Assembly: GCA_964607135.1 (NCBI GenBank)
Contig: CAZSIV010000002.1
Span: forward strand, 45,347 to 109,346
Source of the DNA: an uncultured Oscillospiraceae bacterium
GTDB lineage: Bacteria > Bacillota > Clostridia > Oscillospirales > Ruminococcaceae
Direction of reading: 5' to 3'
Length of the DNA: 64,000 bases
Shown here: one piece after another, positions 37,000-46,177 of the stretch
Position numbering within the stretch: the first letter of the stretch is position 1
How the letters are laid out: the number at the start of each line of letters is the position of its first letter
Notes under the pieces: generated by a model
What the model was told of the DNA's origin: nothing
What the model saw: only the letters and a program-made list of their open reading frames with translations
Database searches by the model: none
Program-made: the position numbers and the translations under genes

Positions 37000-38559
37000 T
37001 TGCTTGAATCCCAATCAGATGGTATGCTAAAGAAAACTGGAAAGAAAGGGCGGCGCCGGGCACTGGATTGCCGGGGCCGCATGGTGATCGATATGGTACA
37101 AAGCAAGACGGAACAGGTGGAACGCTGGGGGATATTCGAAATCGCCCTGACCGGCAGGACGGACGGAAACCCCTTCACCGACTGCGAGATCCGCGGGCGG
37201 TTTACCCACCCCTGCCAGGAGGTGGAGGTGAGCGGCTTCTACGACGGGGAGGGCGTCTATAAAGTGCGGTTCATGCCTTCGTTCGAGGGGGAGTACCGGT
37301 ACGAAATCTACGGGAATTTTTCGGACGAGACAGCCGCCGGCAGCTTTACCGTCACCCCGCCCACCGCGGGAAATCACGGCCCTGTCCGGGTGGCGGATAC
37401 CTACCATTTCGCTTACGAGGACGGGACGCCGCATTACTCGATCGGCACCACCTGCTATGTCTGGCATCTCCAGTCGGAGGAATTGCAGGAGCAGACCCTC
37501 GAAACCCTCCGGGAGAGCGCCTTCAATAAAATTCGTTTCTGCGTTTTCCCCAAGCATTACGATTATAATCTCAGCGAGCCGTTCTGCTACCCCTTTGAGG
37601 GCTCCCGGGAGAGCGGATGGGACTTCACCCGCTTCAACCCCGCTTATTTCCGCCATCTGGAGCGCCGGATCGCCGACCTGCAGGCCCTCGGGATCGAGGC
37701 CGACATCATCATGCTCCACCCCTATGACCGCTGGGGCTTTTCCGACATGGGGGCCGAAAACGACGACCGGTATTTCAAATATCTTATCGCCCGGATTGCG
37801 GCCTTCCGCAACGTCTGGTGGGCGCTCGCCAACGAGTACGACCTGATGAAGGCGAAGACCGTCGCCGACTGGGAGCGGCTCGCCGGGGTGATCTGTGAAA
37901 ACGACCCGTACGGGCGGCTCCGTTCCATCCACAACTGCATCCCCTTTTACGACCACACCCGCCCCTGGATCACCCATTGCAGCCTTCAGCGGCAGGATCT
38001 CCACCTCTCGACCGAGCTGACGGCCGACCTGCGGACACGGTATAAAAAGCCGATTGTCTGGGATGAAATCTGCTACGAGGGGAACATCAACTGGTGCTGG
38101 GGGAACATCTCCGGGCAGGAGCTCGTCCGCCGGTTCTGGGAGGCGGCCGTCCGGGGCGGCTACGCCGGACACGGCGAAACCTATCTGGGGCACGACGACG
38201 TCCTCTGGTGGTCTCACGGGGGGAAGCTCTACGGCGACTGCCCCGCCCGCCTCAAGTTCCTCCGGAAGATTTACGCCGAAATTCCGGGCTGCGGCCTTTC
38301 CCCAATGGTGAAGCGGTACTGGTACAACTTCGACGAGACCTGCGGTGTTTCGAAGGATGAAAGCTATAAGCTCTACTATTTCAGCTGGTTCCGCCCCTCC
38401 TTCCGCGATTTCGACTTCGGGGAGGAGAAGTGGGAGGTCACGGTGCTCGACACCTGGGAGATGACCGAGACCGGCCTCGGCGTCCAGACCGGGAAGTTCC
38501 GCGTTCCGCTCCCGGGGAAGGAATACATTGCAATCCGGCTGCGTAAAATATCCTGCTGA
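37000..38559 (+). CDS. DUF5060/DUF4038-like putative glycoside hydrolase
   Basis: N-terminal beta-sandwich-like ERWGIFEIALTG...GNPF, then a TIM-barrel-like region with WWALANEYD. The true start may be the ATG at 37081. Confidence 0.5.
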   Translation: MLESQSDGMLKKTGKKGRRRALDCRGRMVIDMVQSKTEQVERWGIFEIALTGRTDGNPFTDCEIRGRFTHPCQEVEVSGFYDGEGVYKVRFMPSFEGEYRYEIYGNFSDETAAGSFTVTPPTAGNHGPVRVADTYHFAYEDGTPHYSIGTTCYVWHLQSEELQEQTLETLRESAFNKIRFCVFPKHYDYNLSEPFCYPFEGSRESGWDFTRFNPAYFRHLERRIADLQALGIEADIIMLHPYDRWGFSDMGAENDDRYFKYLIARIAAFRNVWWALANEYDLMKAKTVADWERLAGVICENDPYGRLRSIHNCIPFYDHTRPWITHCSLQRQDLHLSTELTADLRTRYKKPIVWDEICYEGNINWCWGNISGQELVRRFWEAAVRGGYAGHGETYLGHDDVLWWSHGGKLYGDCPARLKFLRKIYAEIPGCGLSPMVKRYWYNFDETCGVSKDESYKLYYFSWFRPSFRDFDFGEEKWEVTVLDTWEMTETGLGVQTGKFRVPLPGKEYIAIRLRKISC

Positions 38560-38630
38560 CCGTTTTTTAACCGATGTCAGTTCCTCTCCATTTCAAAGCG
38601 CCCTCTGCCTAGGCAAAGGGCGCTTTTTGC

Positions 38631-38683
38631 TTATTCATTTCCCGTTCCGGATTTTCGAACGGTTCACAGCCAAAAACCGCGGG
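38631..38683 (-). pseudogene. Relic of the 3' end of an XRE-family gene
   Basis: About 80% identical by eye to 52640-52692, the last 17 codons of the XRE gene there. It has a frame-disrupting indel and no upstream ORF. Confidence 0.35.
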
Positions 38684-38763
38684 GGAACGGAAAATGAAAA
38701 ACCTTCCGCTGGTTTATCATATGTAAAAACGACAAAAATGCCCCTGATATTCCAGCCGTCTGT

Positions 38764-38801
38764 AAAAACAGGGCGGAGATCAGTTTCTCCGCCCTGTTTT
38801 T
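38764..38801. terminator. Bidirectional terminator hairpin
   Basis: CAGGGCGGAGA-loop-TCTCCGCCCTG flanked by an A-tract and a T-tract. Confidence 0.6.
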
Positions 38802-38806
38802 AAGGG

Positions 38807-39628
38807 TTAGGCTTTATTCTTGGCGCATTTTAATTGAACTAGGGAGAATAGAAAAACGACGTTTGGAACCACTCCGTTCGGGTTCATCAATACGCTGAAC
38901 AGCGTCGTTTTAGCAGCATCCGGATCGATCAACAACAAAGGCTCCACTGTGCTCAATACAGCGCCTGAAATTTGCAGGCCCAGAAATACCGACAGATGCA
39001 AAACAGTATGATATTTAGAATGCGCAGTTTTTTTGAGGGATGAAACAACTAAAAAACACAGAAGGTAGAGATTGACAAGCAAAAACAAAATGGCCCTGGG
39101 ATTAAAGCCGGAAAAAACATGAAGCAACTCGCCATATAAGCCGCTGACGCCATAAAGGCAGAATACAAATTGAATCAACATTAAGACAAACAATATTTTT
39201 TTATACGTTCTGTATTCTATCTTCATAAGAGGCATTGAGATGAGAAACAGAAATACCAGATTAACAGCCAATCCGTTCCACCCAATGAGCATATAGATGA
39301 CAGAGGGCTTCATATCGCTGAATTGATTGTTGAACATCACCTGTGCCGTGTTCAGCTTCACTGCAAAAGCGTAGACCTGCAATAAAATAAATATTGCCGA
39401 AGCAGCGTAAAACCATTTATTTTTAGACGGTGCTTTTAAATTTAACTTAACGGCAGCCAAAAGGCAGATGATGACAGAATGATAGAGGATAAAAACAAGC
39501 TTTTGGGGATTGATATTCGTGAAAAATTGTACCGGATTTTCTTGAGTTGACAATAAAAAAAACAAAAGCCCCGTTATATAAATGATTAAACTAATCCAAA
39601 ATAAAACCTTACGGCCTTTTTCCATCAT
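38807..39628 (-). CDS. Polytopic membrane protein, function unknown (AT-rich islet)
   Basis: 273 aa with about 8 hydrophobic helices. Markedly AT-richer than the flanking genes. Confidence 0.55.
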   Translation of the reverse strand: MMEKGRKVLFWISLIIYITGLLFFLLSTQENPVQFFTNINPQKLVFILYHSVIICLLAAVKLNLKAPSKNKWFYAASAIFILLQVYAFAVKLNTAQVMFNNQFSDMKPSVIYMLIGWNGLAVNLVFLFLISMPLMKIEYRTYKKILFVLMLIQFVFCLYGVSGLYGELLHVFSGFNPRAILFLLVNLYLLCFLVVSSLKKTAHSKYHTVLHLSVFLGLQISGAVLSTVEPLLLIDPDAAKTTLFSVLMNPNGVVPNVVFLFSLVQLKCAKNKA

Positions 39629-39942
39629 AGCGACCCCTCAGGCACAAACAGGGGGATGTAAATCCCCCTGCTGCCACATCATAAATTATTTGCTGATCTG
39701 GTTCTCATCGATGATCGCCACATTGGAATCCTCCACCTTTGTTAATATATTGTACAGATTATAACATTTATTATAATAAAAATCAAGATATTATATGATA
39801 TTTTTATTTTTAACAATCTAACGAATAATCGCGCGCATCAAATAAGCCGTCCGGTTTAAAATACCGGACGGCTTATTCGTCTTTTCTTCACGATTCCACT
39901 TTTCAAAAGTCGTTTCTTTCAAGAAAAGGCCGGAAGCTCGTC

Positions 39943-41823
39943 TCAAATGTTGAGCGCCGTGCGGAAGCCTTCCGTTACCGCTTCTTTGATGATCCGGGGG
40001 GAACGGCAGTCGCCGATGATGTAAGTTTGAGGCGTGTATCCGAAATACGGCAGCAGCTCCTCCGGTGCGGGCGGGCGCATCCCGACGCAATAGATGACGC
40101 TGTCCGCCGGGAGAAATTCCTCCCGGCCCTCTTTTCCGCGGACACGGACGCCCTCGGGCGTGATTTCGACGCACTGCGTTTTCAGCATGACCTGGATGGA
40201 AGGGGTTTTGCGAAGCAGCTGGTTGGAATAAATCCGGAAATTTTGATTGCCTTTTGAGGCTAAGGCATCCGTCGGCTCGACAATCACCGCGCTTCCTCCC
40301 TTTTTGATCCCCTGTTCTAAGGCAAATTCAACGCCGTTTGTTCCGCCGCCGACAATTACCACCCGTTTCCCCCACTGATCCTGATTTTCAAGGGCTTGGT
40401 AACAGTTCATGACGTTTTTATGGTCAATCCCCTTGATTGGGGGTTTTACCAGACGCGCCCCCATCGCGAGGACGATCGCGTCCGGCTCCATCGCTTTGAC
40501 CATCTCCGGCGCGGCGGCAGTATCGAGCAGGATTTCAGCCCCGGACTTTTCGACCTGTCGGCGGAGATATTTTAAGTATTCTCCGACTTCGTATTTATAG
40601 CCGCTCATCGCCACATAATGCAAAGCGCCGCCGAGCCAGCCGTTTTTCTCGAGGAGGGTGACCTCATGCCCGCGTTCCCTCGCCGTGACCGCCGCCTGCA
40701 TCCCGCCCGGCCCGCCTCCGACAATCACGACCTTTTTCGTTTTTTCGGCCGTTTCAATTTTTTCCGGAACATATATGGGATAGTCATGAGGACCCTTGAC
40801 GCCGGCAAAGTTATAGCGCGGATTGACGCTGCAGCCCCTGTTGCTGTCCGACTGACAGTATTTGCAGCGCAGGCAGGGGGTAATATCGTCGTCCCTTCCA
40901 TCCCGTGCTTTAATGACCCACTGCGGATCCGCAAGGAATGCGCGGGACATCGAAACCATGTCAACCCAGCCTTTGGCAATGGCATCCTCAGCCTCCCGCG
41001 GATATAAAACCGCGCCGACCACCGCTACGGCCAGGTTCGAGCAGGCCTCTTTCACAGCGCGGGCATATTGCAGGTTCGACATCCTTTCCTTGAGGAAGAG
41101 GGTATGGCTGTGCTGATGAGCGTCCGGGTCAAAATCGGTGCCGCAGGAGATTTCGATCCCGTCGAGGTAAGGCGCCGCCATTTTGACAAACGCCAGGGAT
41201 TCCTCAAACTCCAGGCCGCCTTCCAGACAGTCTGAGGCCGACCAGCGCATCCCGATGGGGTAATCCGGCCCCAGCGCATCCCGAACCGCCTTGATCAGAC
41301 GCAGAGGGAACCGCGCCCTGTTTTCAAGGCTCCCGCCGTATTCATCCGTCCGTTTGTTGAAATGGGGGGAAAGGAACTGCCCGCCCAGCCATCCGTGGCC
41401 CAGGTGCAAATCCACCATATCAAAGCCGAACGCCTTGGCTTTTTTGACAAAGCTCAGATACTTCTCAATGCATTCGGCCATCTCCTTTTCATCCATCCCC
41501 CGGTACGGTTTGCCGTCCGATTCCCGGATGCCGTCGGAAGGTCCGATGGCCTCCCTGCTGTGGATCCCGAAATGATGCACATGACAGCTTGCGGCTGCGC
41601 CGGAGGCATGCGCATCGTCGACCTGCCTGCGCAGAACGGCATGGTCTTCTGCAAAAACATCCCTCTCAGGACCTGGAGTGGAGAGGTCTCCCCGCACCAA
41701 AACAACACCCGCGCCCGCCGCAGCCATCAACTCACCCCCACAAAGGCCGGGGGCCATGATAACACGGTTTTGTACGATCAGCCGGTTGATTTGAATCGGC
41801 GCAAATAAATTAGGAAATTTCAT
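39943..41823 (-). CDS. OYE-like FMN / Fe-S / FAD-NAD(P) oxidoreductase (2,4-dienoyl-CoA reductase / enoate reductase family)
   Basis: N-terminal TIM-barrel OYE pattern, cysteine cluster CLRCKYCQSDSNRGC, and Rossmann motifs VVIVGGGPGG and VVIVGGGTNG. The ATG at 41823 follows AGGAG. Confidence 0.8.
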   Translation of the reverse strand: MKFPNLFAPIQINRLIVQNRVIMAPGLCGGELMAAAGAGVVLVRGDLSTPGPERDVFAEDHAVLRRQVDDAHASGAAASCHVHHFGIHSREAIGPSDGIRESDGKPYRGMDEKEMAECIEKYLSFVKKAKAFGFDMVDLHLGHGWLGGQFLSPHFNKRTDEYGGSLENRARFPLRLIKAVRDALGPDYPIGMRWSASDCLEGGLEFEESLAFVKMAAPYLDGIEISCGTDFDPDAHQHSHTLFLKERMSNLQYARAVKEACSNLAVAVVGAVLYPREAEDAIAKGWVDMVSMSRAFLADPQWVIKARDGRDDDITPCLRCKYCQSDSNRGCSVNPRYNFAGVKGPHDYPIYVPEKIETAEKTKKVVIVGGGPGGMQAAVTARERGHEVTLLEKNGWLGGALHYVAMSGYKYEVGEYLKYLRRQVEKSGAEILLDTAAAPEMVKAMEPDAIVLAMGARLVKPPIKGIDHKNVMNCYQALENQDQWGKRVVIVGGGTNGVEFALEQGIKKGGSAVIVEPTDALASKGNQNFRIYSNQLLRKTPSIQVMLKTQCVEITPEGVRVRGKEGREEFLPADSVIYCVGMRPPAPEELLPYFGYTPQTYIIGDCRSPRIIKEAVTEGFRTALNI

Positions 41824-41908
41824 CCCGTTTCTCCTCATTTTAGAAGATCAAAAACCGAGCCGGCGCCAAACGGCACACAGCCCGGTTTCGAATTGCTTCA
41901 AAGGGACC

Positions 41909-43867
41909 TCATCCCCAAACCTTCACGCGGTTGAACCCGGCTTTCAGCCCCTCAACCGGGCCGACAGTCGGGTGCTCTCCCCGCTTCACACCGTTGAGAT
42001 CGGCGTCTATGACGATCGGGTTTCCGTCCGGGTCGTCGTAGACCGCATCGGCAATCCGCACCGTGCCGAGGGTCGCTGTAGAGTGGATCGCCGTCGGCAG
42101 GGAAAACGCCTCTTCGGGGAGCTCGATCTCCAGGTAAACCGCCCCGTCCTCCTCCACGACCTTCACCTGCGGATCCATTTCTGAGACAAAGTTGTCCTTT
42201 TCCCGGTCAAAGGCTTCGGCCCCGTTGAGGTAGACGTTCGCCGAGGCGTAAATCGGCTGTTCGGTTTTCTGGAACAGCTCCAAATCCCCGATGCCATAGG
42301 AGAAAATCTTTTCGTTGTACTCTTCGTAAGAGGCGGTGCTGCCGTTGTAGACCGCCGTGCCGCACCCGTCGATCCCCCGGCCCTCCGGCTTGGTTCCCTC
42401 ATAGCCGTCATACGCTACAAAGATGTTGTTGTAATACCGGTGATCCTGCCCGTAGACGACAGCTGTGCCCGCCGCCTGGGTGGTGTGCGGAAAATGGTAG
42501 GGGGTGGAGCGGTCCAGCACCTTTTCGGCGTGGGTCTTTCCGCAGATCAGATTGTTTACATAGGCAACGCCCTGCGAATAATCTGCGATGCTGTAGGGCG
42601 CGGTGATAATATTGTTCTCAACCAGGCAGGGGCCGTGGCTGACCTCGACGCTGAGGTCGTCGTTGTTGTTGTAGTACAGGTTCCTGCTCACCCGGGTGCC
42701 CTGCGCCTGCCAGTCGAGCCAGGTGCCGAGGGTGCAGTTGTGGATGCAGTTGTCGTGGATCTGTACGTCGATCGGCGCATGGAGCTTGATCCCGGCGATT
42801 TCATAGCCGTAGAATTCGTGCTTGACGGCGATGTTGTAGATGTGGTTCCCGTAAATCTCGCTGAACGCACAGCCCATGTGGCCGACGATCCCGTTCTGGC
42901 CGCAGTCGTAGATCTTGTTGTTCCGCACGATATGAGAGCCGATCTTTTCCTTGCTCCAGCCGATCTGGAGGGCGCGGAAGACCGATTCCATCTGGTACTG
43001 GTAGCCCGGCTTCCGGCGGCCCTCGGTGAATTCGTTGTGGCCGGTGGAAGCCTCTTTGCCGAGGCTGATCCCGCTGCATTTCGCATCGTGGATGATGTTG
43101 TCCTCAATGATCCAGCCCTTGCTCCAGTGCGCGCCCAGAAGCCCCGGCTGGTCGGCGGTCGGCGGCGTCCAGGGGGTGGCGGCCTGCGCCATCTCGAACC
43201 CGCGGACGGTAATGTAATTCATTCCGGTTTTTTCAGGGTAGAAGCAGCATTTGCGGACGTTGATCTCGGCGAGTTCCCTGTTTGGGTCGGCGCCCTGGAA
43301 GTTCGCGTAGATGGTGGTGTTCTCTTCGTCTGTTTCACAGCACCACTGGTAAACCGTCTGCTCCGGCTCCAGGATTTTCTGAGGCTTCTTGTGGTACGGC
43401 GGCGTCATGTCGAAACGCTTCTCCGCCTTTTTCACTTCGTCCAGGGTCCTCGCCTCGTAAAACGACTTCCCGTTGAGGTAGACGTCCCCGGGGTGGATAA
43501 ACTTGTCATACGGCCAGGCGTACCAGTCCCCATCCAGCGTCTCCGCATAGGGGTTGTACTCCCCGAAAAAGCTGTTCGGCAGGACAGCCTTCCAGACCGT
43601 TCCTTCTACCTTTTCCCAGCTCGTAATCCGCTCGGAGCCCTTGATGACGACCTTTTCCCCTTCCGCCGCCCGGTAGGTGATCCGGCTGATCTCGCTGTAG
43701 CCGCTGTGGGCCGGTTTGACCCATTCGCGGTATTCCCCCTCATGGACGATGACCGTATCCCCGGTTTCGGCGGTCTGCGCCGCCTTGTTGATCGTCAAAA
43801 AAGGGGCTTCCTTTGTGCCCGCCGCGAAGTCGCAGCCGGTCTTTGCAACATGGTATTCCCTATTCAT
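41909..43867 (-). CDS. Right-handed parallel beta-helix repeat protein (pectin-lyase fold), paralog 1
   Basis: Repeated NNxIxD/G beta-helix coils (IEDNIIHDAKCSGISLG, VRNNKIYDCGQNGIVG, IHDNCIHNC). No signal peptide. Confidence 0.65.
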   Translation of the reverse strand: MNREYHVAKTGCDFAAGTKEAPFLTINKAAQTAETGDTVIVHEGEYREWVKPAHSGYSEISRITYRAAEGEKVVIKGSERITSWEKVEGTVWKAVLPNSFFGEYNPYAETLDGDWYAWPYDKFIHPGDVYLNGKSFYEARTLDEVKKAEKRFDMTPPYHKKPQKILEPEQTVYQWCCETDEENTTIYANFQGADPNRELAEINVRKCCFYPEKTGMNYITVRGFEMAQAATPWTPPTADQPGLLGAHWSKGWIIEDNIIHDAKCSGISLGKEASTGHNEFTEGRRKPGYQYQMESVFRALQIGWSKEKIGSHIVRNNKIYDCGQNGIVGHMGCAFSEIYGNHIYNIAVKHEFYGYEIAGIKLHAPIDVQIHDNCIHNCTLGTWLDWQAQGTRVSRNLYYNNNDDLSVEVSHGPCLVENNIITAPYSIADYSQGVAYVNNLICGKTHAEKVLDRSTPYHFPHTTQAAGTAVVYGQDHRYYNNIFVAYDGYEGTKPEGRGIDGCGTAVYNGSTASYEEYNEKIFSYGIGDLELFQKTEQPIYASANVYLNGAEAFDREKDNFVSEMDPQVKVVEEDGAVYLEIELPEEAFSLPTAIHSTATLGTVRIADAVYDDPDGNPIVIDADLNGVKRGEHPTVGPVEGLKAGFNRVKVWG

Positions 43868-43969
43868 CTTTTCTCCACCCTTCTCCGGCAGGTGGGCTGT
43901 GCATTGAATGCACAGCCCACCCCCAGACTATCTTTCACTCCAGGCTTTACAGCTCGTAAAAACCTTTAA

Positions 43970-45913
43970 TTATTTCCCCCAAACCTTCACGCGGTTGAGG
44001 CCGGCTTTGAGTCCCTCGATCGGGCCGACAGTCGGGTGCTCCCCGCGTTTTGCGCCGCTGTAATCGGTGTCGAGGACAATCGGGTTTCCGTCCGGATCGT
44101 CGTAGATCCCCTCGTCGATCCTGGTGCTCCCCAAGGTCTCCGTCCGCATGACCGCAGTCGGCAGGGCGAGCGCCGCCTCGTCGAGCTTCAGCTCGAGGTA
44201 AACGTCATCCCCGTCCTCGACAATTCGATAATCCGCACTGCCCGGGCAGACCGCCTTATCCTGCTCGCGGTCGAAGGCCTCCGCTCCGCTCAGGTAGGCG
44301 TTTGCGTTGATGTAAACCGCCTGCGGAACCTCGAAGAAGAGGTCGTGGTCGTGACTTGAGTCATATTCCCGCACCTTGGCGATATACTCCTCATAGGAGG
44401 CCGGGCGGCCGTTGTAGACCGCCGTGCCGCAGCCCATCTCCTCCGGCTGGCGCCCGCCGATAAAGATGTTGTTGTAGAACCGGTCATCCCCGCCGTAGAC
44501 GAAAGCGTAGCCGAAAACCTGGGTGGTGTGCGGGAAGTGGTAGGGGGTGGCGCGGTCGAGAACGTCGACCTGGCGCATCCCGCCGGCGCAGAGGTTCCCG
44601 ACAAAAGCGGTGCCCTGCGCCACATTGTCGAAGTTGTAGGCTGAGCCGAAGATGTTGCCGTCCACCAGGCAGGGGCCGTGGGTGACCTCGATCATCAGGT
44701 CGCGGTCGTTTTCATAGTACAGGTTCTTGCTCACCCGGGTGCCCTGCGCCTGCCAGTCGAGCCAGGTGCCGAGGGTACAGTGGTCGATCCGGTTGTCGTG
44801 GATGTAGGTGTCGACCGCGGCGTGCATCTTGATCCCGGCGATCTCGTAGCCGAAGAACTCATGCTTGACGGCGATGTTGTAGATGTGGTTCCCATAGATT
44901 TCGCTGAACGCGCCGCCCATGTGGCCGACGATCCCGTTCTGGCCGCAGTCGTAGATCTTGTTGTTCCGCACGATATGAGAGCCGATCTTTTCCTTGCTCC
45001 AGCCGATCTGGAGGGCGCGGAAGACCGATTCCATCTGGTACTGGTAGCCCGGCTTCCGGCGGCCCTCGGTGAATTCGTTGTGGCCGGTGGAAGCCTCTTT
45101 GCCGAGGCTGATCCCGCTGCATTTCGCATCGTGGATGATGTTGTCCTCAATGATCCAGCCCTTGCTCCAGTGCGCGCCCAGAAGCCCCGGCTGGTCTGCG
45201 GTCGGCGGCGTCCAGGGGGAAGCGGCCTGCGCCATTTCAAACCCGCGGACGGTGATGTAGTTTACGCCGGGCTTCTCGGGGTAGAAGCAGCATTTGCGGA
45301 CATTGATTTCGACGAGCTCCTTGTTCGGGTCAGCGCCCTGGAAGTTCGCGTAGAGGGTGGTGTTTTCTTTGTCCGCTTCACAGCACCACTGATAAACCGT
45401 CTGCTCCGGGTGCAGGATCGTCTCGACCCGTTTGCTCCACGGCGGGGCATACCCGTGGGTGCGCTTTTCGGCCTTCTTCACTTCGTCGAGGGTTTTCGCC
45501 TCAAAGAAGGAGACGCCGTTTAAATAAACGTCGCCGGGGTGGAGGGATGCATCGCCCGGATAGACGAACCAGTCGCCGAAAAGCGGCTCGGTGTAAGGAT
45601 TATACACCCCGAAAAAGCTGTTGGGCAGAACGGCCTTCCAGACCGTCCCCTCGACCTTTTCCCAGCTTGTAATCCGTTCGGAGCCCTTGATGACAACCTT
45701 TTCGCCCTCGGCCGCCCGATAGGTGATCCGTCCAATATTGCTTTCGCCGCCGTTTTTCGGCTTGACCCACTCGCGGTATTCGCCCTCGTGGACGACGACG
45801 GTATCCCCCGCCTTCGCCAGCTCAGCGGCCCTGGAAATGGTCAGGAAAGGATGTTCTCTGGTGCCGTCCGCGTAATCGCAGCCGGTTTTTGCAACGTGGA
45901 ATTCTCTGCTCAT
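43970..45913 (-). CDS. Right-handed parallel beta-helix repeat protein, paralog 2
   Basis: Collinear with paralog 1 along its whole length and contains a 281-bp tract identical to it. Confidence 0.65.
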   Translation of the reverse strand: MSREFHVAKTGCDYADGTREHPFLTISRAAELAKAGDTVVVHEGEYREWVKPKNGGESNIGRITYRAAEGEKVVIKGSERITSWEKVEGTVWKAVLPNSFFGVYNPYTEPLFGDWFVYPGDASLHPGDVYLNGVSFFEAKTLDEVKKAEKRTHGYAPPWSKRVETILHPEQTVYQWCCEADKENTTLYANFQGADPNKELVEINVRKCCFYPEKPGVNYITVRGFEMAQAASPWTPPTADQPGLLGAHWSKGWIIEDNIIHDAKCSGISLGKEASTGHNEFTEGRRKPGYQYQMESVFRALQIGWSKEKIGSHIVRNNKIYDCGQNGIVGHMGGAFSEIYGNHIYNIAVKHEFFGYEIAGIKMHAAVDTYIHDNRIDHCTLGTWLDWQAQGTRVSKNLYYENDRDLMIEVTHGPCLVDGNIFGSAYNFDNVAQGTAFVGNLCAGGMRQVDVLDRATPYHFPHTTQVFGYAFVYGGDDRFYNNIFIGGRQPEEMGCGTAVYNGRPASYEEYIAKVREYDSSHDHDLFFEVPQAVYINANAYLSGAEAFDREQDKAVCPGSADYRIVEDGDDVYLELKLDEAALALPTAVMRTETLGSTRIDEGIYDDPDGNPIVLDTDYSGAKRGEHPTVGPIEGLKAGLNRVKVWGK

Positions 45914-46058
45914 TTTGAAACCTCCAGCCTCTTAATTATTTGGTTTATTGAGGGATGCCGCCGCTGGAATCCAGCCAGCAAACGGCTCGTTTCGGGAAGA
46001 ACTCTTTCGATTCAGCCGGAAAGCCCTTTCGGCGCAGCCGGCGGATCGATTTATACAG

Positions 46059-46087
46059 ATACTACCTCAAAACCCAAAAATTTTCAA
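46059..46087 (-). promoter_or_regulatory. Possible promoter of beta-helix paralog 2
   Basis: On the minus strand: TTGAAA, a 17-nt spacer, then TAGTAT, about 140 nt upstream of the ATG. Confidence 0.4.
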
Positions 46088-46177
46088 GGCGTTTTTCTTT
46101 ACTTTTTAGCAGAATTTTTCACTTCCCCTTTTCCCCTGAACACATGGTACCTATCGGCGCCTATATGAGTGCGGACT

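Noticed and set aside
37027-38217. 396-aa minus-strand ORF
   Set aside because: It is antisense to the DUF4038-like hydrolase gene, has shadow-frame composition and shows no motifs.
42440-45523. Plus-strand ORFs 42440-43969 (509 aa) and 44678-45523 (281 aa)
   Set aside because: They are antisense to the two beta-helix genes. Their apparent similarity to each other only mirrors the paralogy of the real genes.
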